Assembly (NCBI RefSeq): GCF_050875635.1
Contig: NZ_JBPAOH010000005.1
Location: 1,454 to 33,453 of the forward strand
Direction of reading: 5' to 3'
Length of the DNA: 32,000 nucleotides
From: Tolypothrix sp. VBCCA 56010
GTDB lineage: Bacteria > Cyanobacteriota > Cyanobacteriia > Cyanobacteriales > Nostocaceae
Shown here: positions 15,957 to 24,962 of the stretch, one piece after another
How positions within the stretch are numbered: the stretch's first letter is position 1
How the letters are laid out: each line of letters begins with the position of its first letter
Notes under the pieces: generated by a model
Databases searched by the model: none
What the model saw: only the letters and a program-made list of their open reading frames with translations
What the model was told of the DNA's origin: nothing
Position numbers and translations under genes: made by a program

Positions 15957-16457
15957 ATGAATTATCTTGTTGCGGTCTTGTCAGACCGAATCCAAGCAGA
16001 AGAGGCTTACACTGCCCTTGAGAAAGAAGGTGTACCAACTGAGCAAGTTGACATTCTCGGAAATGGCTACAAAAGTGCTGATGAATATGGACTGATCGAT
16101 CCTAATCAGCAAGCTCGCAAAGGCGCAACTAGACAGGCTTACTGGCTAATTCCCTTTGGCTTCGTAGCAGGTTACGCCTTCAATTTCCTCACAGGCATCG
16201 AAATCTTGCCAATTGGCGGTTTGGGTAATCATCTCATCGGGGGTCTGCTGGGAGCTGCTTCTGGTGCGCTGGGTGCTTTTCTAGTCGGTGGTGGCGTTGG
16301 TTTGACAGTTGGCAGTGGCGATGCTTTGCCTTATCGGAATCGCTTGAATGAGGGCAAATATCTAATTGTAGTCAAGGGTAAGGAAGAACTAACTCGTCAG
16401 GCAACTCGTGTGTTGCGCTCATTTGAGCCTGAGAATATTCAAGGTTATGCAGAATAG
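15957..16457 (+). CDS. Membrane protein with YflT-like stress-protein N-domain and glycine-zipper segment
   Basis: 166 aa. The N-terminal VAVLSDRIQAEEAYTALEKEGV is followed by the Gly-rich hydrophobic stretch GGLLGAASGALGAFLVGGGVGLTVG. Confidence 0.6.
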   Translation: MNYLVAVLSDRIQAEEAYTALEKEGVPTEQVDILGNGYKSADEYGLIDPNQQARKGATRQAYWLIPFGFVAGYAFNFLTGIEILPIGGLGNHLIGGLLGAASGALGAFLVGGGVGLTVGSGDALPYRNRLNEGKYLIVVKGKEELTRQATRVLRSFEPENIQGYAE

Positions 16458-16572
16458 AATCCCCACCCGCCTGATTTTGACTTAGGTAAAACTTGCCCCA
16501 AGCCCCTAAAAGTATGGGTTTTGGAGCGATGATTATGCAGGAAATTTTTGCATCATTCAAGCCCAAATAGCA

Positions 16573-16594
16573 TTCCCAGGCTTGAGCCTGGGAA
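16573..16594. terminator. Hairpin TTCCCAGGC-TTGA-GCCTGGGAA between convergent genes
   Basis: Perfect 9-bp stem. It lies between the stop at 16457 (plus) and the stop at 16626 (minus). The same motif type is a common dispersed cyanobacterial repeat. Confidence 0.4.
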
Positions 16595-16625
16595 AGAGAT
16601 AATTATGCCAAGGGGTGAGAAACGG

Positions 16626-17255
16626 TTATTCCCTCCAATCAAGAGGTGGCTCGATTAAGGTTTCATCTGACTTGCCAGCGCGGACACCTGGCTTGTCAAC
16701 AATCTTGACAGTGCTTGCTTGGGGACCTTCTATACCCTGACTCAAGAAAAAATGGACACCCGTGCCAATTTCTAAGCGGTCAAAGTCGTCATTTAGTACG
16801 CTATTGCGGTGGAAGTAGATTTCCTGACCATCTAAGCCTTTGAGGAAGCCATAGCCCCCATCGCGAAAAAGCTTGGTGACAAGCGCTGTTGTCTCCACTG
16901 CGTTGTCGTGGTTCTGACCCTTATCATGTTCATTTTGGCGCTGGGTGAGTTTTCTCAACTGCTGAGTAGCGGCATTAAAGGCATCTCGGATCACCGCATC
17001 CACTGGCGCATACTGGTTAGTATCACTGGGATTGCTTTCTGCCACGAGTTCGTGACCGGGCGGCACGGTGAGATCAATTCGCACTCGGTAAGGAGAACCA
17101 CTGCGCGGGCGATCGTTAATTTTTTCGATCGCTATGTGGCAGCTACTAATGTAATTGCAAAATTGCTCCAGCTTGGCAATCTTTTCCTCAACTAAGGTAT
17201 CAAGTGCATTAGTTTTGTCAACGTTGCGATAGGTAATTTCTGGTGGAACTTTCAT
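16626..17255 (-). CDS. HPF/RaiA (ribosomal S30AE)-like domain fused to a cold-shock domain
   Basis: 209 aa. The N-terminal ~100 aa has the HPF/RaiA pattern (ITYRNVDKTNALDTLVEEKIAKLEQF...RVRIDLTVPGHELVAE). The C-terminal ~65 aa is a CSD with RNP1-like GGYGFL and RNP2-like IYFHR. Confidence 0.75.
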   Translation of the reverse strand: MKVPPEITYRNVDKTNALDTLVEEKIAKLEQFCNYISSCHIAIEKINDRPRSGSPYRVRIDLTVPPGHELVAESNPSDTNQYAPVDAVIRDAFNAATQQLRKLTQRQNEHDKGQNHDNAVETTALVTKLFRDGGYGFLKGLDGQEIYFHRNSVLNDDFDRLEIGTGVHFFLSQGIEGPQASTVKIVDKPGVRAGKSDETLIEPPLDWRE

Positions 17256-17343
17256 ATTTTTGTTTGATTAAGTAAAACGTAGAACGTAGAAGCCAGAAAA
17301 CAAGACGGGAGAAAGAGAAGAATTTTTATCGTCGCTTCGCTCT

Positions 17344-17514
17344 TGGGTGTGGGGTGCGGGGTGTGGGGTGTGGGGAAAGACTTGTTTTTGTACATCCCGA
17401 CGAATTGTGCAACCGGGTTTAAAACCCCACCGTCTTTTACGGTGTCAACAAGCAGGTTCGGTGCTACACCGATCCAATTGCACCCTACACCCCACACCCT
17501 ACACCCTACACCCT
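17344..17514. repeat. Inverted G-rich / C-rich heptamer arrays flanking a ~105-nt spacer
   Basis: Five G-runs lie at 17345-17375 (GGGTGTGGGGTGCGGGGTGTGGGGTGTGGGG) and five C-runs at 17481-17513 (CACCCTACACCCCACACCCTACACCCTACACCC). The arms are imperfectly complementary. Confidence 0.85.
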
Positions 17515-17565
17515 GTTTGCTTTATGCACTTTGCATTCCTTGCAGTTGATGACGGCTATCAAGAA

Positions 17566-18216
17566 CTAAAGCTTTGAAGTTCTAAAACTTTGATTGAGCA
17601 GGTCGCGGACTTCTTGATCGGTTGTTTGCGGAAATTTTTCATACCAAAGACCAACACAGTAGAAAGGGCTGGGTGTGTCGGCGCAGATGATTTCGTCTAT
17701 GAGAGATTTAATCTCTTGGTAAGTTTGCGGTGATGAAACCGGCACGGCAACAACGATTTTTTCAGGTTGTTGTTTGTGCAATGCGGCGATCGCTGCCCGC
17801 ATAGTTGCACCCGTCGCTAAACCGTCATCAATCAAAATGATAGTACGTCCAGCGATCGCAAGCTTGGGGCGATCGCCTCGATAAAGAGTTTGGCGACGAT
17901 TTAGTTCCTGTTGTTCTTTCGCCGTTACTTTCTCAATTGCTTCGGTGGCTATTTTTTCCTGACGGATAATATCTTCTAAGAGTATTCTCACATTCCCAGA
18001 AGCGATCGCTCCCATCGCCAATTCTTTTTGACCGGGGACACCCAATTTGCGAACTACAAAAACATCCAAAGGAGCATTTAGCGCTTTCGCAACTTCAAAA
18101 GCGACGGGTACACCTCCTCTTGGTAGTGCCAACACCAAAACATCGGCACGATTAGCATAAGCTGCTAACTTCACTGCCAACACTTGACCCGCCAACCTTC
18201 GGTCTTTAAATAACAT
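17566..18216 (-). CDS. Phosphoribosyltransferase family protein
   Basis: 216 aa. LALPRGGVPVAFEVAKAL and the PRPP-binding motif IILIDDGLATGATM are present. Confidence 0.8.
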   Translation of the reverse strand: MLFKDRRLAGQVLAVKLAAYANRADVLVLALPRGGVPVAFEVAKALNAPLDVFVVRKLGVPGQKELAMGAIASGNVRILLEDIIRQEKIATEAIEKVTAKEQQELNRRQTLYRGDRPKLAIAGRTIILIDDGLATGATMRAAIAALHKQQPEKIVVAVPVSSPQTYQEIKSLIDEIICADTPSPFYCVGLWYEKFPQTTDQEVRDLLNQSFRTSKL

Positions 18217-18431
18217 AACTAAACTGCTGATAGTCTTGCCAAAAACAAGTTTTTAGACTTATCGATTATAGAAAGCGAAAAAATCCCTTACCTCTGACTT
18301 TTGGGGCGACATTGCCGATATAGCAATCTACCTAAAGAATGAAATGACGCGATCGCTTTCCAGATTGAGCAAATTTTTTAGAGAAAATTCATTGTTCTTG
18401 GAAATCCGACAAAGCAAGAGGCTAAAGTCTT

Positions 18432-18459
18432 GTAGGGGCAATTCATGAATTGCCCCTAC
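18432..18459. repeat. Perfect 28-bp palindrome GTAGGGGCAATTCA|TGAATTGCCCCTAC
   Basis: 14+14 nt perfect inverted repeat lying downstream of the glycosyltransferase stop (18573) and upstream of the PRTase start (18216), both minus strand. It belongs to a dispersed cyanobacterial hairpin type and may act as a terminator. Confidence 0.7.
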
Positions 18460-18572
18460 GTAAATTCAATAGTCTTAATATAGATGAAGATGTAGCGATC
18501 GCCAAAAATATCACCTGATGCCTAGATGAAGATATGGCGATCGCCTGACACTACATAAAACCCGATAAAAGG

Positions 18573-19661
18573 CTAAATCCCGCTTTTGGCTAAAGTTACC
18601 GCATTGCGGAAATGACCATTGCGCTGAGAAAATTTATCCGCCAGAAGTTGTCGATAAACAGCTTCATAGCCATCGGTCATTGCTTGCAAGCTAAAACGCT
18701 TCGAGACGTACTCCCGACAAGCACGCCGGTCTAATTCTGCCACCCGATCAATCGCACTGACGAATTCTTCGATGTTGTCGCACAAGAAACCGGTTTTTCC
18801 GTGGTCAATTACTTCTTTTGTAGACCCTAGTTTCATTGCGATAACTGGCGTCCCTGCTGCCATTGATTCTACCATCACCAACCCAAATGGTTCTCGCCAG
18901 GTAATGGGGAATAACGTTGCTACAGCATTACCCATTAAAGCATTTTTCTGCTCATGGTTTGCTTCGCCCAAATATTCAATTTGCTTACCGTCGATGTGCG
19001 GTTTGACTTCCTTTTCATAGTATTCCACATCAACAACATCCACCTTACCAGCCATTTTCAAACGCCAGCCAGCTTTTTTCGCAACTTCTATTGCCAAGTG
19101 CGCTCCTTTTTCTGGCGATATCCGACCCAAAAACGCTAAGTAAGGCTCATCCTCAGGTTGAGCGTAAAACTTATAACTGCTAACATCAATTCCGTTGTAA
19201 ACAGTCGCTACACAGTTCAGTTCTAATCTCGGTTCTCGTTGTGCATCAGAAATACTGATGTATGGTTGTTGTTTAGCGTGTTTAAACATTTTTTCGTTGT
19301 CAGGTGTAAAAATACCATGCAACGTATGAACCGTTGGAGTTTTTACCAACTTAGCGTAAGGCAATGTCCCAAAGCCCATGTGCGAGTGAATAATATCAAA
19401 ATCTTCAGCCCGCTCATATACCGAACTTAAATGCATCAAGTCGTAGACACCGTACTCCTTGATAGTCGGATCGAGTCGTAAAGCACGCGGATGAACTGAT
19501 TCTAGCTTTGCCAAACTGATAGAATCACCCGATGCAAATAGCGTTACTTCATGTCCCCGTCGGACTAATTCATCAGTCAGTAACCCTACTACTAACTCGA
19601 TACCGCCGTAAGCAGGGGGTGGTACTCTTTCCCATAGTGGGGCTACCTGAGCAATCCGCAT
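18573..19661 (-). CDS. Glycosyltransferase family 4 (GT-B fold)
   Basis: 362 aa. N-terminal PPPAYGGIELVV, C-terminal LFPITWREPFGLVMVESMAAGTPVIA and the E-x7-E-like region are present. Confidence 0.85.
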   Translation of the reverse strand: MRIAQVAPLWERVPPPAYGGIELVVGLLTDELVRRGHEVTLFASGDSISLAKLESVHPRALRLDPTIKEYGVYDLMHLSSVYERAEDFDIIHSHMGFGTLPYAKLVKTPTVHTLHGIFTPDNEKMFKHAKQQPYISISDAQREPRLELNCVATVYNGIDVSSYKFYAQPEDEPYLAFLGRISPEKGAHLAIEVAKKAGWRLKMAGKVDVVDVEYYEKEVKPHIDGKQIEYLGEANHEQKNALMGNAVATLFPITWREPFGLVMVESMAAGTPVIAMKLGSTKEVIDHGKTGFLCDNIEEFVSAIDRVAELDRRACREYVSKRFSLQAMTDGYEAVYRQLLADKFSQRNGHFRNAVTLAKSGI

Positions 19662-20153
19662 TTACAAACCTCCCAATTAATAAGACTTGTATTTAAAACG
19701 CTTGCTTTCTTACTCAAAAGTGTTTCCAATTGATGCACCCTGTATAAGAATTAAGTTTGAAAACAAACTGTTGCAAGACAAGAATTTAATTTAAATTATA
19801 TGTATATATCTCAATAATTCCTGTCTACCGGAAGGAAGGAAATGACTATCTCTTGAGAGAGGAAAGTTTGTCAAAACTCATTCAAAACGATTATTCTCTG
19901 TCTTCAGATATATACTATTTAGAGAATTTTATGCTGGTCAAAATGCTGTGGCGATCGCTAAAATAGTAGTAACAACCAAATACATAATGGTTGCTCAATT
20001 AGCGTCTTGAAAGCGCAAATTGAACCAAATTTGAGAAGTAAATTGGGAATAGCTAATGGAAGCTAGGGAAAATGCCAAGCAATAGCTTATTCCCTAATTT
20101 TTACAACGCTATGCCCGTTTAACCCGTAAAAATCGACTTTCAATAATTGGCAT

Positions 20154-20231
20154 ATGAACACAGGAATTTTGTGGTTAGGCGTTGTTTCAGTTCTTATTCT
20201 TTACTGGGTTGGAGTTAACCTACTCATGTAA
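20154..20231 (+). CDS. Possible 25-aa hydrophobic peptide
   Basis: MNTGILWLGVVSVLILYWVGVNLLM is followed 20 nt later by a clean intrinsic terminator. There is no recognisable homology. Confidence 0.35.
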   Translation: MNTGILWLGVVSVLILYWVGVNLLM

Positions 20232-20250
20232 CCAACACAAAAACAATATA

Positions 20251-20284
20251 CTGGGTTTTCTCACATGGAAAACCCAGAATTTTT
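20251..20284 (+). terminator. Rho-independent terminator
   Basis: CTGGGTTTTC (20251-20260), 7-nt loop, GAAAACCCAG (20268-20277), then AATTTTT. Confidence 0.6.
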
Positions 20285-20464
20285 GATGGAAATCATAGAA
20301 AATTAAAATATCAACTACACATTTGCAGCGATCGCGTCTTGGGCGTAGACAAAGGAGGGGCTTGTCGCAAGACATCGCCGGAAATAAAGAAGATATCATA
20401 TTGACTATTACTCTGAAAAATGATAAACTAGAATTTGATAAGGAAGAACTAGCTTAAAAGAAAC

Positions 20465-21268
20465 GTGAATATATCTTCATCTCAGAAAAAACCGCGTGTC
20501 GCATGGCAAGCGGTTTTCTCACTACTGATGTTTGCGGTGATGTATCTGCCGATTTTGGTACTTGCCTTTTATAGCTTCAACTCGTCGCCTTACAGTGCAA
20601 CTTGGCAAGGATTCACCCTTAATTGGTATAAGCAACTATTCAGTGATGAACGTATATTATTAGCCTTAAAAAACAGCTTAATAGTTGCTTTTAGTGCGGT
20701 GAGTATAGCAGCAGTGCTGGGAACCTTGATGGCGGTAGGGATAGCGCGTTATCGGTTTCCAGGAAAGACATTGTATCGCGGTGTTTCTTATCTACCATTA
20801 ATTATTCCCGATATTGCGATCGCCGTAGCTACCCTAGTTTTTTTAGCAGCCTTTGCCATCCCCTTAAGTTTGTGGACAATTGTTGCCGCTCATGTCGTCT
20901 TTTGTCTGGCATACGTTGCACTTGTAGTTTCATCGCGACTTACCAACATAGATCCCCACTTAGAAGAAGCCGCACTTGATTTAGGAGCCACACCGATGCA
21001 AGCCTTCATCCAAGTATTGCTACCTCAGCTAATGCCTGGAATTATAGCAGGTTGTTTGCTTGCGTTTGTACTCAGCTTAGATGACTTTCTCATTGCCAGT
21101 TTTACCGCCGGTAGTGGTTCCAACACACTGCCAATGGAAATTTTCAGCCGCATCAGAACTGGAGTCAAGCCAGACATTAACGCTTTGAGCGTCATCTTAA
21201 TTTTAGTATCTGCGATCGTTGCTTTTATCGCTGAATTAATTCGCGCTTCCGCAGAGGATAAAGGCTGA
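20465..21268 (+). CDS. ABC transporter permease, PotC/spermidine-putrescine type
   Basis: 267 aa with a GTG start and six predicted TM stretches. The EAA-like loop EEAALDLGATPMQAF and overall pattern match PotC-like permeases. No cognate ATPase or binding-protein gene is adjacent. Confidence 0.8.
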   Translation: MNISSSQKKPRVAWQAVFSLLMFAVMYLPILVLAFYSFNSSPYSATWQGFTLNWYKQLFSDERILLALKNSLIVAFSAVSIAAVLGTLMAVGIARYRFPGKTLYRGVSYLPLIIPDIAIAVATLVFLAAFAIPLSLWTIVAAHVVFCLAYVALVVSSRLTNIDPHLEEAALDLGATPMQAFIQVLLPQLMPGIIAGCLLAFVLSLDDFLIASFTAGSGSNTLPMEIFSRIRTGVKPDINALSVILILVSAIVAFIAELIRASAEDKG

Positions 21269-21658
21269 TAATATCAAATATTAGTTATTTTTTAAGTATT
21301 ATATAATACTTTCACCCACATCCTCTAAGAAACAATAAATTATAAAGTTTTCAACAAGACTAGAAGTGAATCTGTAAACTTTTCCGAAATGTATTGCCAA
21401 TTATAGTCAGTAAACTCACTAAATTTTTTGCTTCAGTCACACCCCCATCGTCCCATCATCGGCTATTCCACGCGTTTGTGATGTGTGAGGAGTGGGAAAT
21501 TTTGGTATGTATGAATCTATTTGTTATATCTAGTAATTGCACGCAATTCATGCTTAAATTTAAAGTCATTAAAGCTTAAGTGATTACACCGCCGGGATTA
21601 TACGGCGTAAAGGTAACAAAACTTATGCTGCATCAAACTTAAGAGAGGAATTTTCACC

Positions 21659-22209
21659 ATGAAAATACCAAGCCTGTTTACAAAGGCTTTCTGGTTGACA
21701 TTGGTTTGTATCAGTGTCGTGGTTGTGACTATTTTCAGATTAACCCCTAGTTTGGCTGTTTCCACGACCACAACGCCAACAGCACAACTATCAACAACTC
21801 CAGTAATCATAGCCCAGTCTGATTCAGATTCAGGACGAAGGTCTCTCTATCAAAGGCTGGGAGGCTCTACAACGCGATCGCAGCCGTCATTGACGATACC
21901 CTACAATACGTAACCACTGACCCTGTGATTGGTATATACTTTCTTGGCTTGAGCACCAACTCAGAACAGCGGCTACGTCAGTTGTTGATAGATCAATTCT
22001 GCCAAGCGGCAGGTGGTCCCTGTATTTATACAGGACGACCTATGAAGCTTTCCCATAGTGGAATTGGTGATGGTCTGACGAACAGTGAATTTGATGCTTT
22101 TAAAAATGGTGTAGCGCAAGCCCTTGATGAAAACGGGGTGAGACAAAGACCGAAAAACGATGTGCTGGCATTTGTCGAGAGTCTCAGAGGCGAAATTGTC
22201 GAAAGGTAA
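21659..22209 (+). pseudogene. Group I truncated hemoglobin with N-terminal signal/anchor, interrupted by a frameshift near 21863-21868
   Basis: Frame A (21659-21913) gives MKIPSLFTKAFWLTLVCISVVVV...SLYQRLGG and then nonsense. Frame B, open from 21823, continues YNAIAAVIDDTLQYVTTDPVIGIYF...MKLSHSGIG...FDAF, which is the trHb helices with B10 Tyr and a proximal His candidate. Confidence 0.7.
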
Positions 22210-22229
22210 TAAACGGGGCATGACGTTCG

Positions 22230-22257
22230 TAGAGACGTTCCGGACCGAACGTCTCTA
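22230..22257. terminator. Hairpin TAGAGACGTTC-CGGACC-GAACGTCTCTA between convergent genes
   Basis: Perfect 11-bp stem lying between the globin stop (22209) and the purU stop (22290). Confidence 0.5.
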
Positions 22258-22289
22258 TAATAAATTGTTGGGTGCGGCGGCAATTCAAA

Positions 22290-23144
22290 TCACTCAAAAA
22301 CCACAGTCCGATTTCCATAGACCAAAACGCGATTTTGTAAGTGTAAACGCACTGCCCTTGCTAATACAACTCGCTCCAAATCCTTACCTTTTCTAATTAA
22401 ATCTTCAACTTCATCGCGGTGACTCACCCGCACCACATCTTGCTCAATAATTGGACCAGCATCTAAATCAGGAGTAGCATAATGAGCCGTTGCACCAATA
22501 ATTTTTACACCACGTTCAAAAGCTCTATGATACGGATTTGCGCCGACAAAAGCTGGTAAAAATGAGTGGTGAATATTAATAGTTTGGGGAAATTTAGCAA
22601 GAAAATCTGCACTGACAACTTGCATATATTTAGCCAATACAACCAAATCAATTTTATATTGGTGTAGTAATTCTAGTTGTTTAGCTTCCTGTTCTGATTT
22701 GTTATCTTTAGTAATGGGAATGTGGTGATAATCGATATTAAATTTTTCTGCCACCAGCTTTAAATCGGGATGGTTGCTGATAATTAGCGAAATTTCCGAT
22801 GTCAGTTCTTTGGCACGTTGTCGCCAAATCAAGTCAAATAGACAATGGTCTTGCTTGCTTACCCAAATGGCAATGCGCGGGATAGTATCAGAAAAATGCA
22901 GCTCCCACTTTGCGCTTAAAGGTTGGGCGATCGCCTTAAATGCTGGTGCAATGAATTCTCGCGGCAAATTAAATCCATCCAACTGCCATTCAATCCGGGT
23001 GAGAAATAAACCAGCCGCAAAGTCTGTATGCTGGTCTGCGTGGATGATATTCCCACCATTAGCATAGATAAAGTTGGCAATTTTCGCTACAAGTCCCCGT
23101 CGATCGGGGCAGGAAATTAACAATGTTGCTGTCGGACTTGTCAT
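22290..23144 (-). CDS. purU: Formyltetrahydrofolate deformylase
   Basis: 284 aa. An N-terminal ACT-like region (LLISCPDRRGLVAKIANFI) is followed by the formyltransferase core (INIHHSFLPAF.G..PY..A...GVK.IGATAHY). Confidence 0.9.
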   Translation of the reverse strand: MTSPTATLLISCPDRRGLVAKIANFIYANGGNIIHADQHTDFAAGLFLTRIEWQLDGFNLPREFIAPAFKAIAQPLSAKWELHFSDTIPRIAIWVSKQDHCLFDLIWRQRAKELTSEISLIISNHPDLKLVAEKFNIDYHHIPITKDNKSEQEAKQLELLHQYKIDLVVLAKYMQVVSADFLAKFPQTINIHHSFLPAFVGANPYHRAFERGVKIIGATAHYATPDLDAGPIIEQDVVRVSHRDEVEDLIRKGKDLERVVLARAVRLHLQNRVLVYGNRTVVFE

Positions 23145-23710
23145 AATAATATAGAGAGACTAGCTTCGGAACACAGATAACCTTTAAGTAAAATTACCAT
23201 GAGCAAAGTAATTTTATACAGCTATTGCCTGAGCGAATTCATTTTAATCTGATTTAAAGCATTGTCGGAAAAGAATTAAATTATGTTTATTTAATTTAAT
23301 TTTTATTTGATTTTTCCAAAAATATTACTTAAATAAACTTTAGACAAGGTAATCTTTGGGGAAATAATAACTCTTTTTTCGGAGAAAATTCTAGATAAAA
23401 ATACTATTATGGTGTGCTTTCTTTACCTCGTACTGTGCCTTTTCATTTGAACGCGCAAGCCTGTTTAACTTTTTCTTTTATATACTTTTCACCTATGTAC
23501 ATCAGTGTACACAAAAACAAAGAGGAGAAAAATTCGACATGATTTTAGGTAGTATAAAATATAGTTTAATATAGTTTAATATTGCGAGCAAGAAACCGTG
23601 ATAATTTTCGGACTTACGCACTTGACAAATAGACACTTACGTGCATTATGGGCACTACACTCAGTCTTCTTGGTTGAACTGACCAGAAGAAAAAGGAAAC
23701 TCCGATACAA

Positions 23711-24016
23711 ATGGTTCATTTACTAGTAACTTATGGAAGCAACATGCTGCACACACTTTTTATTTATTTGACAATTATTATTTACCTGGTGATGGCTTAC
23801 TGTTTCTTTGCAGAATGGCTGCATTTTTTTTTACAAGATGAACAAATGAATTTAGAGCAGCGCTTATTTTCTGGTGTAATTTTGGTAATAGCTAGTATTT
23901 TATGGATAATAGTAGTGCCATTTGCTTATTTGGAACTATTAAAGTTTCATAAAAAACACAAAGAAGTTATTGATTTACTAATTAACCAGTCAAACGCCAA
24001 ACTTTATGATGATTGA
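23711..24016 (+). CDS. Hypothetical small membrane protein
   Basis: 101-aa ORF in a very AT-rich stretch with two clear hydrophobic segments. It has no recognisable motif, and the start may be the internal Met at codon 12. Confidence 0.4.
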   Translation: MVHLLVTYGSNMLHTLFIYLTIIIYLVMAYCFFAEWLHFFLQDEQMNLEQRLFSGVILVIASILWIIVVPFAYLELLKFHKKHKEVIDLLINQSNAKLYDD

Positions 24017-24159
24017 TGATTGACATCAAAGTTATTAATTGCTGGAAGGCGGAATTTTAACATTTATTTTTTATTTAACTCTTGTCTATTTGATTAATAG
24101 ATTAGTGAAAGAAAGCTCCTGCAATTTATGGGGTTTCCCTTTCAAGAACTCTTTTTCAT

Positions 24160-24780
24160 TTATTTGGTCTTTGCTGGATTGGGTTGAACGGGGCTAGGCA
24201 AATTTTTGATATTATTATCTCCAGGTTGTTGCCACTCTGAAAGCTCCCGCTTGACTGCGTTTTCAAAATCAGTGGATACCAATAGCACATTGATATTACC
24301 ATCTGGTTGAGGAGTGGGGTCAGCTTGAGCATACAAGAAACGGCGGTTAAAATCAGGTTTACCTAAAGTTAATTGATGAGTTTTCTGATTTTTCAGGTTT
24401 ATATTGATAGTTGCTTGGGGTGGATTTAAACCAAAATCTGCAAGCTGGTTAGCTGGAATTGATAAAATGCGATCGCTCTTACCCTTCACCAGCAAATCCA
24501 TCAAATAAGAAACAATCGGATCGTTTGCTGGAACCGCTGTAGGAGATTTTATCAACCATTTTGTATCGCCAGCATTATTATTACGTTCCAGATTTAAAGT
24601 CACATTTTCCGTCTTTACCGTCAAAGATTGCACATCATCTGCTGCAAAAGAGAAAATTTGCTGTTTTTTCTCCTTTACTTCCTCTCGCTGAGGCGCCCCT
24701 TTAATTTCATAGAAGTAAACAAAAGTACTACCACCCAGCGCAAGCAATATCAAAATTAAAGTCGTTCGTGGCAATTTCAT
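24160..24780 (-). CDS. DUF4340-like protein (last gene of the GldG-type ABC operon)
   Basis: 206 aa with an N-terminal TM anchor. Position and sequence style match the DUF4340 protein usually found downstream of GldG-like genes. Confidence 0.6.
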   Translation of the reverse strand: MKLPRTTLILILLALGGSTFVYFYEIKGAPQREEVKEKKQQIFSFAADDVQSLTVKTENVTLNLERNNNAGDTKWLIKSPTAVPANDPIVSYLMDLLVKGKSDRILSIPANQLADFGLNPPQATININLKNQKTHQLTLGKPDFNRRFLYAQADPTPQPDGNINVLLVSTDFENAVKRELSEWQQPGDNNIKNLPSPVQPNPAKTK

Positions 24781-24793
24781 TTTTGAACATTTG

Positions 24794-24955
24794 TTGGTTG
24801 TTGGTTGTTAGTGGGCATTGGGCATTGGGCATTGGGCATTGGGCATTGGGCATTGGGCATGGGGCATTGGGCATCGGTAAGAAAGAAGAAATATTTCTCC
24901 CCCTGCCCCCCTGCCCCCCTGCCCCCCTGCCCGATTACCCATTCCCCATTCCCCT
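24794..24955. repeat. Composite STRR-like array
   Basis: (TTGGTTG)2 from 24794, (GGGCATT)9 at 24813-24875, (CCCCCCTG)4 at about 24897-24932, and (ATTCCCC)-type heptamers at 24934-24955. It fills the gap between the GldG-like stop (24963) and the DUF4340 start (24780). Confidence 0.9.
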
Positions 24956-24962
24956 CTTTCTC

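Noticed and set aside
17252-17577. ORFs of 68-81 aa spanning the G-rich and C-rich arrays upstream of the HPF-CSD gene.
   Set aside because: Their sequences are dominated by translated heptamers (GVGCGVWGVG, HPTPHTLHPTP) and they overlap each other on both strands.
18480-18546. Direct repeat TAGATGAAGATGTAGCGATCGCC / TAGATGAAGATATGGCGATCGCC.
   Set aside because: There are only two copies, each built around a HIP1 site, and no associated feature. It is noted but not interpretable from sequence alone.
23497-23510. GTA-N8-TAC (GTACATCAGTGTAC), the NtcA-binding consensus, in the purU upstream region.
   Set aside because: By my estimate the 6-nt specification is expected several times by chance in 32 kb. 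I found no properly spaced TAN3T -10 box on either side.
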